Shown: in pieces, positions 12,520 through 23,780 of the stretch
Layout: every line of letters starts with the position of its first letter
Position numbering within the stretch: the stretch's first letter is position 1
NCBI RefSeq assembly: GCF_036365525.1
Contig: NC_090400.1
Span: 42,029,365 to 42,093,364 of the forward strand
Source: Heterodontus francisci
Taxonomy: Eukaryota
DNA length: 64,000 nucleotides
Reading direction: 5' to 3'
Notes under the pieces: model-generated
Seen by the model: the letters and a program-made list of their open reading frames with translations, nothing else
The model's database searches: none
What the model was told of the DNA's origin: nothing
Program-made: the position numbers and the translations under genes

Positions 12520-13950
12520 AGGAGTCTGCTGCTCCAACCATTGTAGTCGATCATGGCTGATATATGCCTCAATTCATTTTGCCTGCCTTTGATCCATATC
12601 TCTTGATACCTTTACGTAATCTGTCAATCTCAGTCTCGAAAAATTCAATTGACTCCTCATCCACAGCCTTTCTTGAAGCGAGTTCCAGATTTCCACAACA
12701 CTGTGGCAGGAATAATGCACTGTTAATTCAGTCCCACTATTCCATGGATCACCGCATATCAGTAAAGTTTCCCACCTACCAGAAAAATAAGCCAAATTAA
12801 TCACTTTATTTATCCTCAGAATAAAGCACACAAAACCAGGTTCCTTTAAACAACAACAAAATTAACTATTTATTAATAAACCAAGTTTTAAACAGTGATG
12901 AGATGAATTTACATGTACGGAAAGATTTTATAACTCCTTAATCTTCCTAACCCTCTTGCACACACATACATTCAATTACCAACGGTTAGCCGGGGAAAAT
13001 GGTTATTGATTTTATGACAGTTACTTAGGGACAATAAAATAACTGGGTTGTATCTTCTGGTAGTATTTTCCTGGCTCAGTGAGGTGTCCCAGAGTCGAAA
13101 AGTCAGATGCCACTCAGTGTCTCTCCAGGTGAAATTAATGAGCAGTCTGTGATGAGTAGGCATTTAACGTAGTTTGTCTGCAGCAGGCGTCATACAGATC
13201 TTTCAGCAACAGGTTGTAGCAACAGATCTATTTAAATTTTAAAGTAGAAATCTAACGGTGGAAACTTCCTTGAGAGTTCAGGAACTTGCAAAAAACACAA
13301 AAATCAACAGGACTTACTCTCAGCAAAGGAGCTTTCTCCACAGAGCACAGCAATTAATACTCTTCAGACAGAAATTCTTGAATGGAGGCAACAACAGCTT
13401 TGCCACACCCGAAACACAAGCTTTCTTTCTCCAAAGCAGTGTTACTCCACAGAGTGTAGCAATTCCTCTGTTCTCTGGGTCTCTTCCTCTTTGATACAGG
13501 AATTATTTTTCAAGAGAGAGAATTATCTGGGCTGTACTCCTGGCCAGTTTCCAGCAGTAACTCTTTCAGCTGCTCACTACCAAAATGGAATGGAAAGCTT
13601 TTTTCAACAGGAGTCATAAGACTGTCGTAAAACCATCAGGTTGTTTGGATACAAATTGCCCTGCAGCCGGGACTCTTCAAATACTAAACTTCTGCAGCTT
13701 TTGTCCACATAGATTTTTTCAGTGTTAAAGGCACACTGACCTCATAGTTTTTTTAAAAAAAGAAAGCGCTTATGACAATTGTGTATGAAAAATTTCTTCC
13801 TAATTTCACTAATGAAAGGCCTAGCTCTAATTTTAAGTTTCTGTCCCCCTATTCTGGATTAAACACTTCAATTGAATCACCCATCAACCTTCCAAACCCA
13901 AGGCAATGCAAGCCAAATTTATGCAGCCTCTCCTCATAATTTAACCCTTT
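12520..13950 (-). mobile_element. CR1 3' fragment split by an LTR (pieces ~12520-12700 and ~13778-13950)
   Basis: Minus strand reads VEIWNSLQERLW and CR1 tail-like sequence; resumes after the LTR end at 13777. Confidence 0.6.
12705..13777 (-). mobile_element. Solo LTR, same family as 10928-12511, one terminus eroded
   Basis: Colinear with 10945-11600 (AATGCACTGTTAATTCAGTC, AATAACTGGGTTGTA, GAGGTGTCCCAGAGTC); ends TTATGACA at 13777. Confidence 0.8.
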
Positions 13951-14147
13951 TAAACTTTAGTATTTCTTAATACCTTGTTATCTAGTATTCTGTATTTTCA
14001 TCCAAAAGTACATGTGAAAAAATATTATCAAGAAAATATAGGAAAAATACAAAGGAAAGAATTGAATTAAAAAATCTGATCACTATTGAAAAAATAATGC
14101 TTTTGATGCAGCCCCAAAGAATAACAAGGCACTCCTTTTTTAGATAT

Positions 14148-16312
14148 CAGCTTTGGCTCAGTAGGAACACTTTTGCTTCTCTGAATGGTGGTGGACAATT
14201 AAACAACGAACTGGAGGAGGTGGCTCCACAAATATCCCCATCCTCAATGATGGGGGAGCCCAGCACATCAGTGCAGAAGATAAGGCTGAAGCATTTGCAA
14301 CAATCTTCAGCCACAAGTGCCGAATTGATGATCCATCTCGGCCTCCTCCTGAAATCCCCAGCATCACAGATGCCAGACTTCAGCCAATTCGATTCACTCC
14401 GCGTGATATCAAGAATCGACTGAAGGCACTGTATACTGCAAAGGCTATGGGTCCTGACAATATTCCGGCAATAGTACTGAAGATCTGTGCTCCAGAACTT
14501 GCCGCGCCCCTAGCCAAGCTGTTCCAGTATAGCTATAACACTGGCTTTTACCCTGCAATGTGGAAAATTGCCTAGGTATGTCCTATCCACAAAAAGCATG
14601 ACAAGTCCAACCCGGCCAATTACTGCCCCATCAGTCTACATTCAATCATCAGTAAAGTGGCGGAAGGTGTCATCAACAGTGCTATCAAGTGGCACTTGCT
14701 TAGCAATAACCTGCTTAGTGACGCTCAGTTTGGGTTCCGCCAGGGCCACTCAGCTCCTGACATTACGGCCTTGGTTCAAAAATGGACAAAAGAGCTGAAC
14801 ACAAGAGGTGAGGTGAGAGCGACAACCCTTGATATCAAGGCAGCATTTGAGCGAGTATGGCATCAAGGAGCCCTAGCAAAACTAGATTCAATGGGAATCA
14901 GGGGGAAAACTCTCCGCTGTTTGGAGTCATATCTAGCACAAAGGAAGATGATTGTGGTTGTTGGAGGTCAATCATCTCAGCTCCAGGACATCACTACAGG
15001 AGTTCCTCAGGGTAGTGTCCCAGGCCCAACCATCTTCAGCTGCTTCATCAATGACCTTCCTTCAATCAAAAGATCAGAAGTGAGGATGATCGCTGATGAT
15101 TGCACAATGTTCAGCACCATTCGTGATTCCTCAGATACTGAAGCAGTCCGTGTAGAAATGCAGAAAGACATGGACAATATCCAGGCTTGGGCTGATAAGT
15201 GGCAAGTAACATTTGCGCCACACAAGTACCAGGCAATGACCATCTCCAACAAGAGAGAATCTAAACATCTCCTCTTGACATTCAATGGCATTACCATCAC
15301 TGAATCCCCCATTATCAACATTCTGGGGGTTACTATTGACCAGAAACTGAACCGGAGTAGCCATATAAATACCGTGGCTACAAGAGCAAGTCACAGGCTA
15401 GGAATCCTGCAGCGAGTAACTCACCTCCTGACTCCCCAAAGCCTGTCCACCATCTACAAGGCACAAATCAGGAGTGTGATGGAATACTCTGCACTTGCCT
15501 GGATGGGTGCAGCTCCAACAACACTCAAGAAGTTCGACACCATCCAGGACAAAGCAGCCAGCTTGATTGGCACTCCATCCACAAACATTCGGTCCATACA
15601 CCACAGACACACTACAAGATGCAGTGCAGCAACACACCAAGGCTCCTTAGACAGCATCTTCCAAACCCGCAACCTCTACCACCTAGAAGGACAAGGGCAT
15701 CAAATGCATGGGAACACCACCACCTGCAAGTTCCCCGCCAAGCCACACACCATCCTGACTTGGAACTATATCGCCATTCCTTTACTGTTGCTGGGTCAAA
15801 ATCCTGGAACTCCCTTCCTAACAGCACTGTGGGTGTACCTACCCCACATGGACTGCAGCGGTTCAAGAAGGCAGCTCACCACCACCTTCTCAAGGGCAAT
15901 TAGGGATGGGCAATAAATGCTGGCCTGGCCAGCGACACCCACATCCCATGAATAAATAATAAAAAAGGTCATGGGTTCAAGACCCACTCTAGAGACTTGA
16001 CCACATAATCTAGGAAGCACATGAGATGTTAAACTGGGAACCTGCCTGCCCTCTCAGGTGATGCAAAAGATCCCAGGGCAATATTCAAAGAAGAGCAATA
16101 GGAGTTCTCCTTGTGTTCTGGCCAACATTTATCCCTCAAACAACAACTAAATGTAATTTATCTCATTGCTGTCTGTGGGACCTTACTGTGTGCCCATTGG
16201 CTACTACATTGCAACAGTGATGCTTCCAAAGTACTTCATTGGCTTTAAAGTGTTTTGGGATGCCCTGTGGTCATGAAAGGCACTATATAAATGCAAGTTC
16301 TTTCTTTCTTCT
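14148..16312 (+). mobile_element. Deu-domain SINE (SacSINE1/AmnSINE1-like) split by a LINE: pieces ~14148-14184 and ~15964-16312
   Basis: A-box half TGGCTCAGTAGG before the LINE, B-box half GGGTTCAAGACCC after it; central CCCTCTCAGGTG..AAAAGATCCC...GGCCAACATTTATCCCTCAA block; L2-like tail TATATAAATGCAAGTTCTTTC. Confidence 0.7.
14185..15963 (+). mobile_element. 5'-truncated non-LTR retrotransposon, CR1/jockey-group family B (RT domain and 3' end)
   Basis: ORF 14657-15916: QFGFRQGHS, LDIKAAF, GVPQGSV.GP, IADD, RSVMEYS; 3' end GGGCAATTAGGGATGGGCAATAAATGCTGGCC plus A-rich tail. Confidence 0.93.
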
Positions 16313-17054
16313 TACTGGAATTTGTTCCACAGAACTCTTGATTATCTTTGGTGGGGAATTAATGTACATAATAGAAGATTTTTGAAACAAAAACACAACT
16401 AAGAAATGAGTTGAGAAATGTTACTAATAACTTTAATTTTTTCTACCTTATATTGATTTGTTTTCTTTTAATTCATTTTCAGTTTTGAAAATCTACAGTT
16501 GAATCTCAGACTGTTTTGTAAATGCTTACACTTCTTATTTCTTATTGGTGATTTTAACTTTCATTATTATCTTGTGATGAATATTTTGTTTTTTTTGTGT
16601 GTATCAAAATAAGGGAAGTCAGGGCTAGAGTGTGGAACAATGTTTACTGTTGGTGTCAACTGTCAGCATAAAATAAAATCCCAGTTCAGGTATAGCAAGG
16701 ACAACTGTAGAGTAAAGCATTGTATATTCCTCACCCTTACCTCAAAAAACTATTCTCCACTACATTGTTATAAATGTTCTAATTTCTCACACAAACCATC
16801 TTTTTGGCCAACCTAAGCAAATTTTGTGCCAAATTATAAACAACCTTGTAGTGTAGATTCACACGATGTGGGAGTAGATTATGACTGTCCCAAACTAATT
16901 TCAGGTAATGGCTGAATTGATGCTAAGGTTCCTAAGTCAAAAGAATAGTGTGCTAACACAATGCAGCAGCCAAAACTTTAAATGGGGTTGTCTTTAAGTT
17001 TTCTGTGATACAAAGAGATTGCTATAATTTGTCACCCAAAACCAAGACTAAATA

Positions 17055-17425
17055 TAGCATAGAAACAGGAGTATTCAGCCCATCAAGCTTGTTCAGCCAT
17101 TAAATTGGTATCTTAACTCCATCTGCCCATCTAGGTTCTGTGACTCTTTATACCCTTGCCTATCAAAAGGCTATCCATTTCAGTTTTGAAATTTTCAGTT
17201 GACCTAACCTTAACAGCTTTTAGGGGGAGAGGTCCAGATTTCCACTATCCTCTGTGCGAAGAAGTGCTTCCTGACATTCACCCTTGAACAACCTGACTCT
17301 AATTTTAAGGTTATGGTCCCTAGTTCTGGACTACCAGACCAGAGGACATAGTTTATCTCTATTTACCATATCAAATCCTTTAATCAACTCAAAACACTTC
17401 AATTAGATCACCCCTTAATCTGTCC
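17055..17425 (-). mobile_element. Old CR1 3' fragment
   Basis: Reverse complement of CR1 end (ATAGAAACAGGAG..TTCAGCCCATCAAG; GAAGAAGTGCTTCCTGAC; CTAGTTCTGGACT). Confidence 0.65.
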
Positions 17426-17899
17426 AGTTAAACCCTGACTGGAACAAGTTTATTGGTTTTCATAGTAAATTTGATATATATATCATTGGTTCTGTGCTAA
17501 ATACAGTCAAAATTTGAAAAATAATTTAGATCTGTCTGTGAATTGGCCATTTGTCTAGTAAGTCAATTGGCAGATCTAGGATTTAAAACATAGAGAAAGA
17601 AAATTGGTATTAGGGTTACAGTGTACTGAAGGAACCTTGCAACTTCTGAGTCGGTTGAAATTCTTGAGTCGAACCTTCCTGTTTAGAAAAGTCTGGCAAA
17701 GAGGCTATTTAGGTGTTTGAGGGCATTGCTGGTTGTTATGTATCAGGGACAAGTGAGAATTTAACACGGAATAAGAACCACTTAGTTTTTAGAAGTGTGT
17801 TCTCTCTATCACAATTTCAAATGAGAATATTTCCTGAATTCTATTAGCTGAACTGCCTTTTGCAACACAATAAAGAGGCATTCTAGTACCAGATATAAT

Positions 17900-18482
17900 G
17901 GGCTAGATTTTACCAAGCTCTTGACTTCGTGGTGCGAGGGGTCAAAGGATGGGGCTGGTAGCAGTCCGCCACGGAGGCCGATCCTCCCGGTGGCGGTGAG
18001 ACTCCATGGTGGCTCCCCCACTGCTGGGCGGCGGGACCTGGACCTGGAGATGCATATATTTAAATGAGCTTAACTTCAATCTTCTGGGCCCACCACGATC
18101 TTCGGTGTGGCAGCCAGCACTTCCGCGCCTTCAATTCCCTGTCTGGGGAAAGCTGGCGTGACACTGGTGGGGAAGGGGGAGGAGGCAAGATTTTCAGTGC
18201 TGGGGGGGAATGGGGTCAAATAAACGTAATGGGTGTAGGGGATGGTAAGGGGTTAACTTCAAACTTTGTGCAGTCTGAGGGTGATGGTCATCTTTAAAAT
18301 GGAAGTGTTTTTGGGGGAAGGGCTAATAGTTAATGGATGCTGATGCCATTTCCGGGATGGAAAGCCTGCCCCCTCCACAAGATTGGGGGGTGCGGGCCAC
18401 CCAACTATTTAAATAAGCCACCACACGTGAGATCACAGTGGCTCTTTGGCGTTTGAGCTCGCCGCCTTTTAAAATCCAGCCC
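17900..18482. mobile_element. Complete Harbinger-type MITE
   Basis: TIR GGGCTAGATTTT / AAAATCCAGCCC (11/12 match) with perfect 3-bp TSD AAT (17897-17899, 18483-18485); GC-rich noncoding interior. Confidence 0.85.
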
Positions 18483-18587
18483 AATATAACCAGGCTTAAT
18501 ATTTAGCTAATTTAACGACTATTTTCTACTTTTCAGTGACAACCTGTTATATTTACTAGAAAACTTTCCACTACTGTTTTTACTTTT

Positions 18588-19667
18588 TTAAAGCCAAACC
18601 TTCTTGCCTGTTCCAGGCTTATTTAGATTTCCATGTTGCAACTTGCCAAACTCCTTTTCATCAAGATACCTTTTTGTGCTTTCTGCTGATTCAGATTCAA
18701 ATGAAATTGCTGCCTGACTTGGGAGGTCGCCTGGTCTCTGCTGCAATAATCTCGCTGATGACTTCAATATTAGGTTGTCATAAAATGAATCTTTTAGTGC
18801 TTGTATAAGAGAGTTTTGCTGTGAATACCGATGCACTGCTTCCCTCTGTTTCTTCTTGCAGCAGGGTGAGCAAGGAGGGCATAACATATGAGCAATGTAG
18901 ACCCAACCCAAATAATGGAGCTCAACAATGTTCAGCAAGAAACATGCGAGACTGACACAAAACATAAAGTTCAAAAAGATGGTTTTTTCTGTTGCTCTGG
19001 ATATGAAGCAGTCTGTTTTGGTTGGACATGGATAGGTCCAACACACAAACAAACAAGGAACATTAAATCCATACAGATAGTACTGTCCCAGCAAAAATGT
19101 TATTTCCATAACTGCTCTCAACATTACATGTATAACATATACAGTTAAAACCTTATTTGATAGATAGATTGGGTCACTGCTTTTATTACTTTTAATATGC
19201 TGTACTTGATAATCTCCATCTCTTCGAGAAAATTCAATTTCCTGAGAGTCGCTGACATCAGATCTTTGATTCAAGGTTTCATTTTCTGGAAGGTGTCCAT
19301 TAGTTACAGGATTATTTGATAATTCCAGCTCATGCACTTTTTCCATTTCATATTTTTCATCTTTTGCTATTTTGTGCAGGACATACACGATGTAGAAAAT
19401 GGATGGTGTTGAAACCAGAACAATTTGAAAAACCCAGAACCTCAGGTGAGAGATAGGTGCAAAGGTGTCGTAGCAAACATTGTTACAGCCTGGCTGGCGG
19501 GTGTTACAGGTGAATTTAGACTGCTCATCACCATATACTGCATCACCCACTAATGTGACCAGCAGTATACGAAAAATCAGCAACATTGTCAACCAGATCT
19601 TCCCAACCACTGTGGAATGATTCTGAACTTCATTTAGGAGACGGCCAAGTAATGACCAATCACTCAT
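18588..19667 (-). CDS. cx39.2: Gap junction protein (connexin), 359 aa, Cx39.2 / delta-2-like group
   Basis: Intact ORF MSDWSLLGRLLNEVQNHSTVVGKIWLTMLLIFRILLVTLVGDAVYGDEQSKFTC; EL1 C-x6-C-x3-C, EL2 C-x4-C-x5-C, SRATEKTIF, four hydrophobic segments; splice acceptor CTTTTCCACAG 9 nt before the ATG. Connexin identity is certain; the subgroup is from recall. Confidence 0.95.
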   Translation of the reverse strand: MSDWSLLGRLLNEVQNHSTVVGKIWLTMLLIFRILLVTLVGDAVYGDEQSKFTCNTRQPGCNNVCYDTFAPISHLRFWVFQIVLVSTPSIFYIVYVLHKIAKDEKYEMEKVHELELSNNPVTNGHLPENETLNQRSDVSDSQEIEFSRRDGDYQVQHIKSNKSSDPIYLSNKVLTVYVIHVMLRAVMEITFLLGQYYLYGFNVPCLFVCWTYPCPTKTDCFISRATEKTIFLNFMFCVSLACFLLNIVELHYLGWVYIAHMLCPPCSPCCKKKQREAVHRYSQQNSLIQALKDSFYDNLILKSSARLLQQRPGDLPSQAAISFESESAESTKRYLDEKEFGKLQHGNLNKPGTGKKVWL

Positions 19668-19739
19668 TTTTTTTATCTGTGGAAAAGAAGCAAGATTATA
19701 TTGATATTAGCCAAATGTGGTATAATATTAATTTTCACA

Positions 19740-19955
19740 GAATCACAGAATAATACAGTGCAGAAGAGGCCCTTCAGCCCATCAAGTCTGCACCGATGCA
19801 TTAAAGACACCTGACCTGTCTACCTAATCCCATTTGCCAGCACTTGGCCCATAGCCTTGAATGTTATGACGTGCCAAGTGCTCATCCAGGTGCTTTTTAA
19901 AGGATGTGAGGCAACCCGCCTCTACCACCCTCCCAGGCAGTGCATTCCAGACCAT
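19740..19955 (-). mobile_element. CR1 3' tail fragment in the connexin intron
   Basis: ACAGAATCACAGAA..AGAAGAGGCCCTTCAGCCCATCAAGTCTG...GGCAGTGCATTCCAGACC is the reverse CR1 end. Confidence 0.75.
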
Positions 19956-20889
19956 TTTACTTAATATTATCTAAGTAACTGGAGATAATTGTATCTTTGA
20001 AAAGGTTCTTCTTTAAGTTAGTAACTACTTTAAGTCAAGAATAATATGTCATGGATATTTGAGTTTCAAGTAATACAAATAATCAAAAATTTGGAGTGGT
20101 AAAAAAAGTTCCCATAGTTAATGGTTTGGTGCCATGTTATGGAAATGACTGCAGAACACACAAGGAATTGAGTTTGCAATTTGCATGAATAATGCTGTCA
20201 GATGCCTGTGGAGAATTCCATTCACACAAGTAACATGATGAATAATGTCAGCACTTTCATTATAACACAAGCATTTTGCTTCACCATTACCTTTATTAAA
20301 ACAAGGCTTATGTGTATGTATTTGCTTGCTGAGGCACAAAACATTACCCAGCACAAATCCTTAATGCAGTTCTACTTGTACTGCTGCTGTGGGATGATGT
20401 TAAGATAATCTGTGATGCCCAGCAGATGTATTATCAATACAGTCATACCAAACCAGTTTGCATCATATAATGCCAGATTCAAAAATCAACAGATAAAGTT
20501 AGTACAATTATTTTGCATGATTTGTGCAAAATTATAATATATTTTAAGTTTCCTGGTTGGAGTATTCTAAATTCTATTTCTTCAATAAGCTACATCCCTA
20601 TAAATTTATGCTTTCTCATGAATATTATCTCCCTAGATTTATTTTTAAATTTAAAAAAATTTATATTCTAAATAAATATGTGACTACAACTGCCACATGC
20701 AAAATATTAATGATTAACACGAACTGACTTTATTCCAATTTATAATGTGTTTCTGTGATGAGGTACCAAGGAAAATAAGCCTTGAAAAACCAATAACATT
20801 GAAGCCTAACAGTTGTACTTAGAAGATTTGTTCTCCAAATATTCCTCTTACATGAAAATGTAGAGAATACATAAGTATTGTAATTGGAA

Positions 20890-21070
20890 TTGAAAACAGG
20901 AAATTCTGGAAATACACAGTAAGTCTAGCAACATCAAAAAAGAGAGAAGACAGATTGACATTTTAGGTATAGACCATTTGCCAAAACATTAACCTTTCTT
21001 TTGTGTTTCCAGATTTTGAACTACTGTCTGTCAATTTTTAGTATTTTCTGTTTTCATTTCAGGTTTCCGT
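20890..21070. repeat. Degenerate palindromic repeat related to 30766-30933
   Basis: AAAACAGGAAATTCTGGAAATAC... and mirror ...TATTTTCTGTTTTCATTTCAG. Confidence 0.55.
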
Positions 21071-21334
21071 TCTTGGTTTTTTTTGGTATATTTATTTGGA
21101 TTCCACACATAGCAAGTCCCTAGTCCCAGTCAAACTGTCTAGAAGATAGTGCAGAATGGAGGCGAGATGCAGTCAGCTATCCAGGTTGCCTACCCGCAAT
21201 CAGTTGAGAAAGGCAGGTTGAGTGAATGAATAATTAAAAGGTGTAATCAATATTTAAATAAACTAATAGTAGAACTTCATGAAAAGTATTAGAACAGACC
21301 TAATGCCACTGACATCACCATACCAAAAATGAAG

Positions 21335-21470
21335 AAAAGAAAAAGAAAAACTTGCATTTATACAGCACCTTTCACGACCTCAGAATGCCCCAAAGTGCTT
21401 AACAACCAATGAAGTACTTTTGAAGTGTAGTCACTGTTGTAACGTAGGGAAACATGGCAGCCAACCGCAT
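21335..21470 (-). mobile_element. 3' tail of Deu-SINE/L2-type element
   Basis: AACTTGCATTTATACAGCACCTTTCACGACCTCAG..CCCAAAGTGC..CCAATGAAGTAC is the reverse of 16230-16305. Confidence 0.7.
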
Positions 21471-21957
21471 TATAAACATGAAACAGAAGTTATAGAATTA
21501 AAGAAAATATTTTGCAAATAATTAAGAATACATTTTGGTATATTCAGAATTCAGCAACCTAACAAACTTTAATTTTAAAAAAATCTGTTGAACAGCTAAA
21601 ATGCATTACAAAAGATAAATGTTTTACTACAATTTATGACATTAATTTACTACAATTAATTGGAAATTACATTTACTAACACTTGGATATTCAGTATCAA
21701 TAGCTTTCAAGTCACAAAATATCAGCACACGAAGCATGCTAAAAGGAGACTAGTGGAATGTTTACCTTAACCTGTCAACAATACTGCAGGTTTTACTTGA
21801 ATCGCCTGAACACAGCCAGTTCCAAACTTATTTGTCAATTAATAAATGTTGAGCAGTAGGATATAACAAGTATGAAAGACTGTGTTTTAAACTGCAAATA
21901 CAAGCTACTTCCAAGTTTTTCATTTTTCTAACTTACAGGTTAACAAAATTTACTCAC

Positions 21958-22100
21958 CTGGATGAGAATTACTTTTTGCTCTAACTTCTCCAATAATATG
22001 GAAGGAGGTTGAAAAAGAGCAAAATGGATTGGCAGTAGATTAGAGCCAGAAACACAGTTGTCCTGATGGTACCGTTTGCATTTTTGATGATTGGACTGGG
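21958..22100 (-). other. Candidate non-coding first exon of the connexin gene (5' boundary uncertain)
   Basis: Strong donor CAG|GTGAGTA at 21958/21957 on minus, in unique sequence 2.3 kb upstream of the acceptor at 19676; connexin genes typically have a 5'UTR exon. Confidence 0.4.
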
Positions 22101-22647
22101 CTGACATTACATAGGTCAAACTAAAACAGTCTCTAAAACTGTTACTGTATTGTAAATGACAAAAACGTGTTTACAGATAATCCAGGATGAATTGTACAAC
22201 TTCTCTGTAAACTATTCACTGCTGGAAACAAAGAATGTTCTGGAAATGATTAAAAGCAGCAAACATGTTCTCTAGAGTGCTGCAAAATATGATACTATTT
22301 GTGTCCATGATTGATATGAAGGCTTTTTTGCCATTTAATTAATTTTACTGCTACAGTAATGTATTGAATCATTAAAACATTTGTACAAACAGCATGTACA
22401 AACTAATATATGCATTTCCAGCACATTGTATTTCATCTCAAATCAAGAAAATAGACAGCGGTTTAACAATAAAGAACCAGAGTAGTTTGCTCTTCACTGC
22501 AAAAGAATTTCTGTCTATTTTCAGAGATAAATGTATGGTAACTATGCAAAATCCAGTTGTCTAATGTATTATTCTGCCCAAAAATATCCAGCATATTATC
22601 TGTTGAATATTATCCTATTTATTGTGTAATCTTACTGAAAGTCAAGG

Positions 22648-23592
22648 TTTGGTTGCTAAATTTGCTGATGACACCAAGATAGGTAGGAAAATAAGTTGTG
22701 AAGAGGACATAAGAAGGCTAAAAAGGGATATAGATAGGTTAAGTGAGTGGGCAAAGATCTGGCAAATGGAGTATAATGTGGGAAAATGTGAAATTGTCCA
22801 TTTTGGCAGGAGGAATAAAAAAGAAGCATATTATCTAAATGGTGAGAGATTGCAGAGCTCTGAGATGCAGAGGGACCTGGGTATCCTAGTCCATGAATCG
22901 GAAAAGATTAGTACGCAGGTACAGCAAGTAATTAGGAAAACTAATAAAATGTTATTGTTTATTGTGATGGGAGTTGAATACAAAAGTAGGGAGGTTATGC
23001 TTCAGTTATACAGGGCATTGGTGAGATCATATCTGGAGTACTGTGTACAATACTGGTCTCCCTATTTAAGGAAGGATGTAAATGCGTTGGAAGCAGTTCA
23101 GAGAAGGTTTACTAGACCAGTAGCTGGAATGGGCGGGTTGTCTTATGAAGAAAGGTTGGACAGGCTAGGCTTGTATCCGCTGGAGTTTAGAAGAGTAAGA
23201 GGCGACTTGATTGAAACATGTAAGATCCTGAGTCGTCTTGACAGGGTGGATGTGGAGGGAACGTTTCTCCTTGTGGGAGAATCTAGAACTAGGGGTCACT
23301 ATTTAAAAATAAGGGTTGCCCATTTAAGACAGAGATGAGGAGAAATTGTTTCTCTCAGAGAGCCGTGAGTCTTTGGAACTCTCTTCCTCAGAAGGCAGTG
23401 GAAGCAGCGTCTTTAAATATTTTTAAGGCAGAGGTAAATAGATTCTTGATAAGCAAGGGGGTGATAGGTTATTGGGGGTAGGCGGGAATGTGGAGTCGCG
23501 GTTACAATCAGATCAGCTGTGATCTTATTGAATGGCGGAGCGGGCTCAAGGGGCTGAGTGGCCTACTCCTGCTCCTAATTTGTAGTTTGTAT
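22648..23592 (+). mobile_element. 5'-truncated CR1 LINE (RT C-terminus and tail)
   Basis: ORF 22622-23338: KFADDTK, WQMEYNVGKC, LEYCVQYWSP, RGDLIET; tail GAGTGGCCTACTCCTGCTCCT. Confidence 0.95.
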
Positions 23593-23780
23593 TTTTGCAT
23601 AGATTTATCTTGTTTACAGAAAATACAAATATAATTGTTATGAATAAAATACAAAGTAGTTAGAGAAATAATGTCATAAATATAATTTTTTAGTTTTGTA
23701 CTGGAATCTCAACTACTTTGTTTTAACAATATCAGAGTTTGCTGTAGAAACATGTGTATACCTGCCATATGGCAGTCTGA

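Noticed and set aside
10928-13777. Paired LTRs of a single provirus
   Set aside because: The first LTR has its own ATAG TSD and the gap is CR1 tail, with no PBS or internal region
14657-15916. 419-aa ORF as a host gene or retron/DGR-type reverse transcriptase
   Set aside because: 5'-truncated LINE ORF2 with a frameshifted C-terminus and several related copies in the window
18888-19148. Antisense 86-aa ORF over the connexin
   Set aside because: Shadow ORF with no recognisable features
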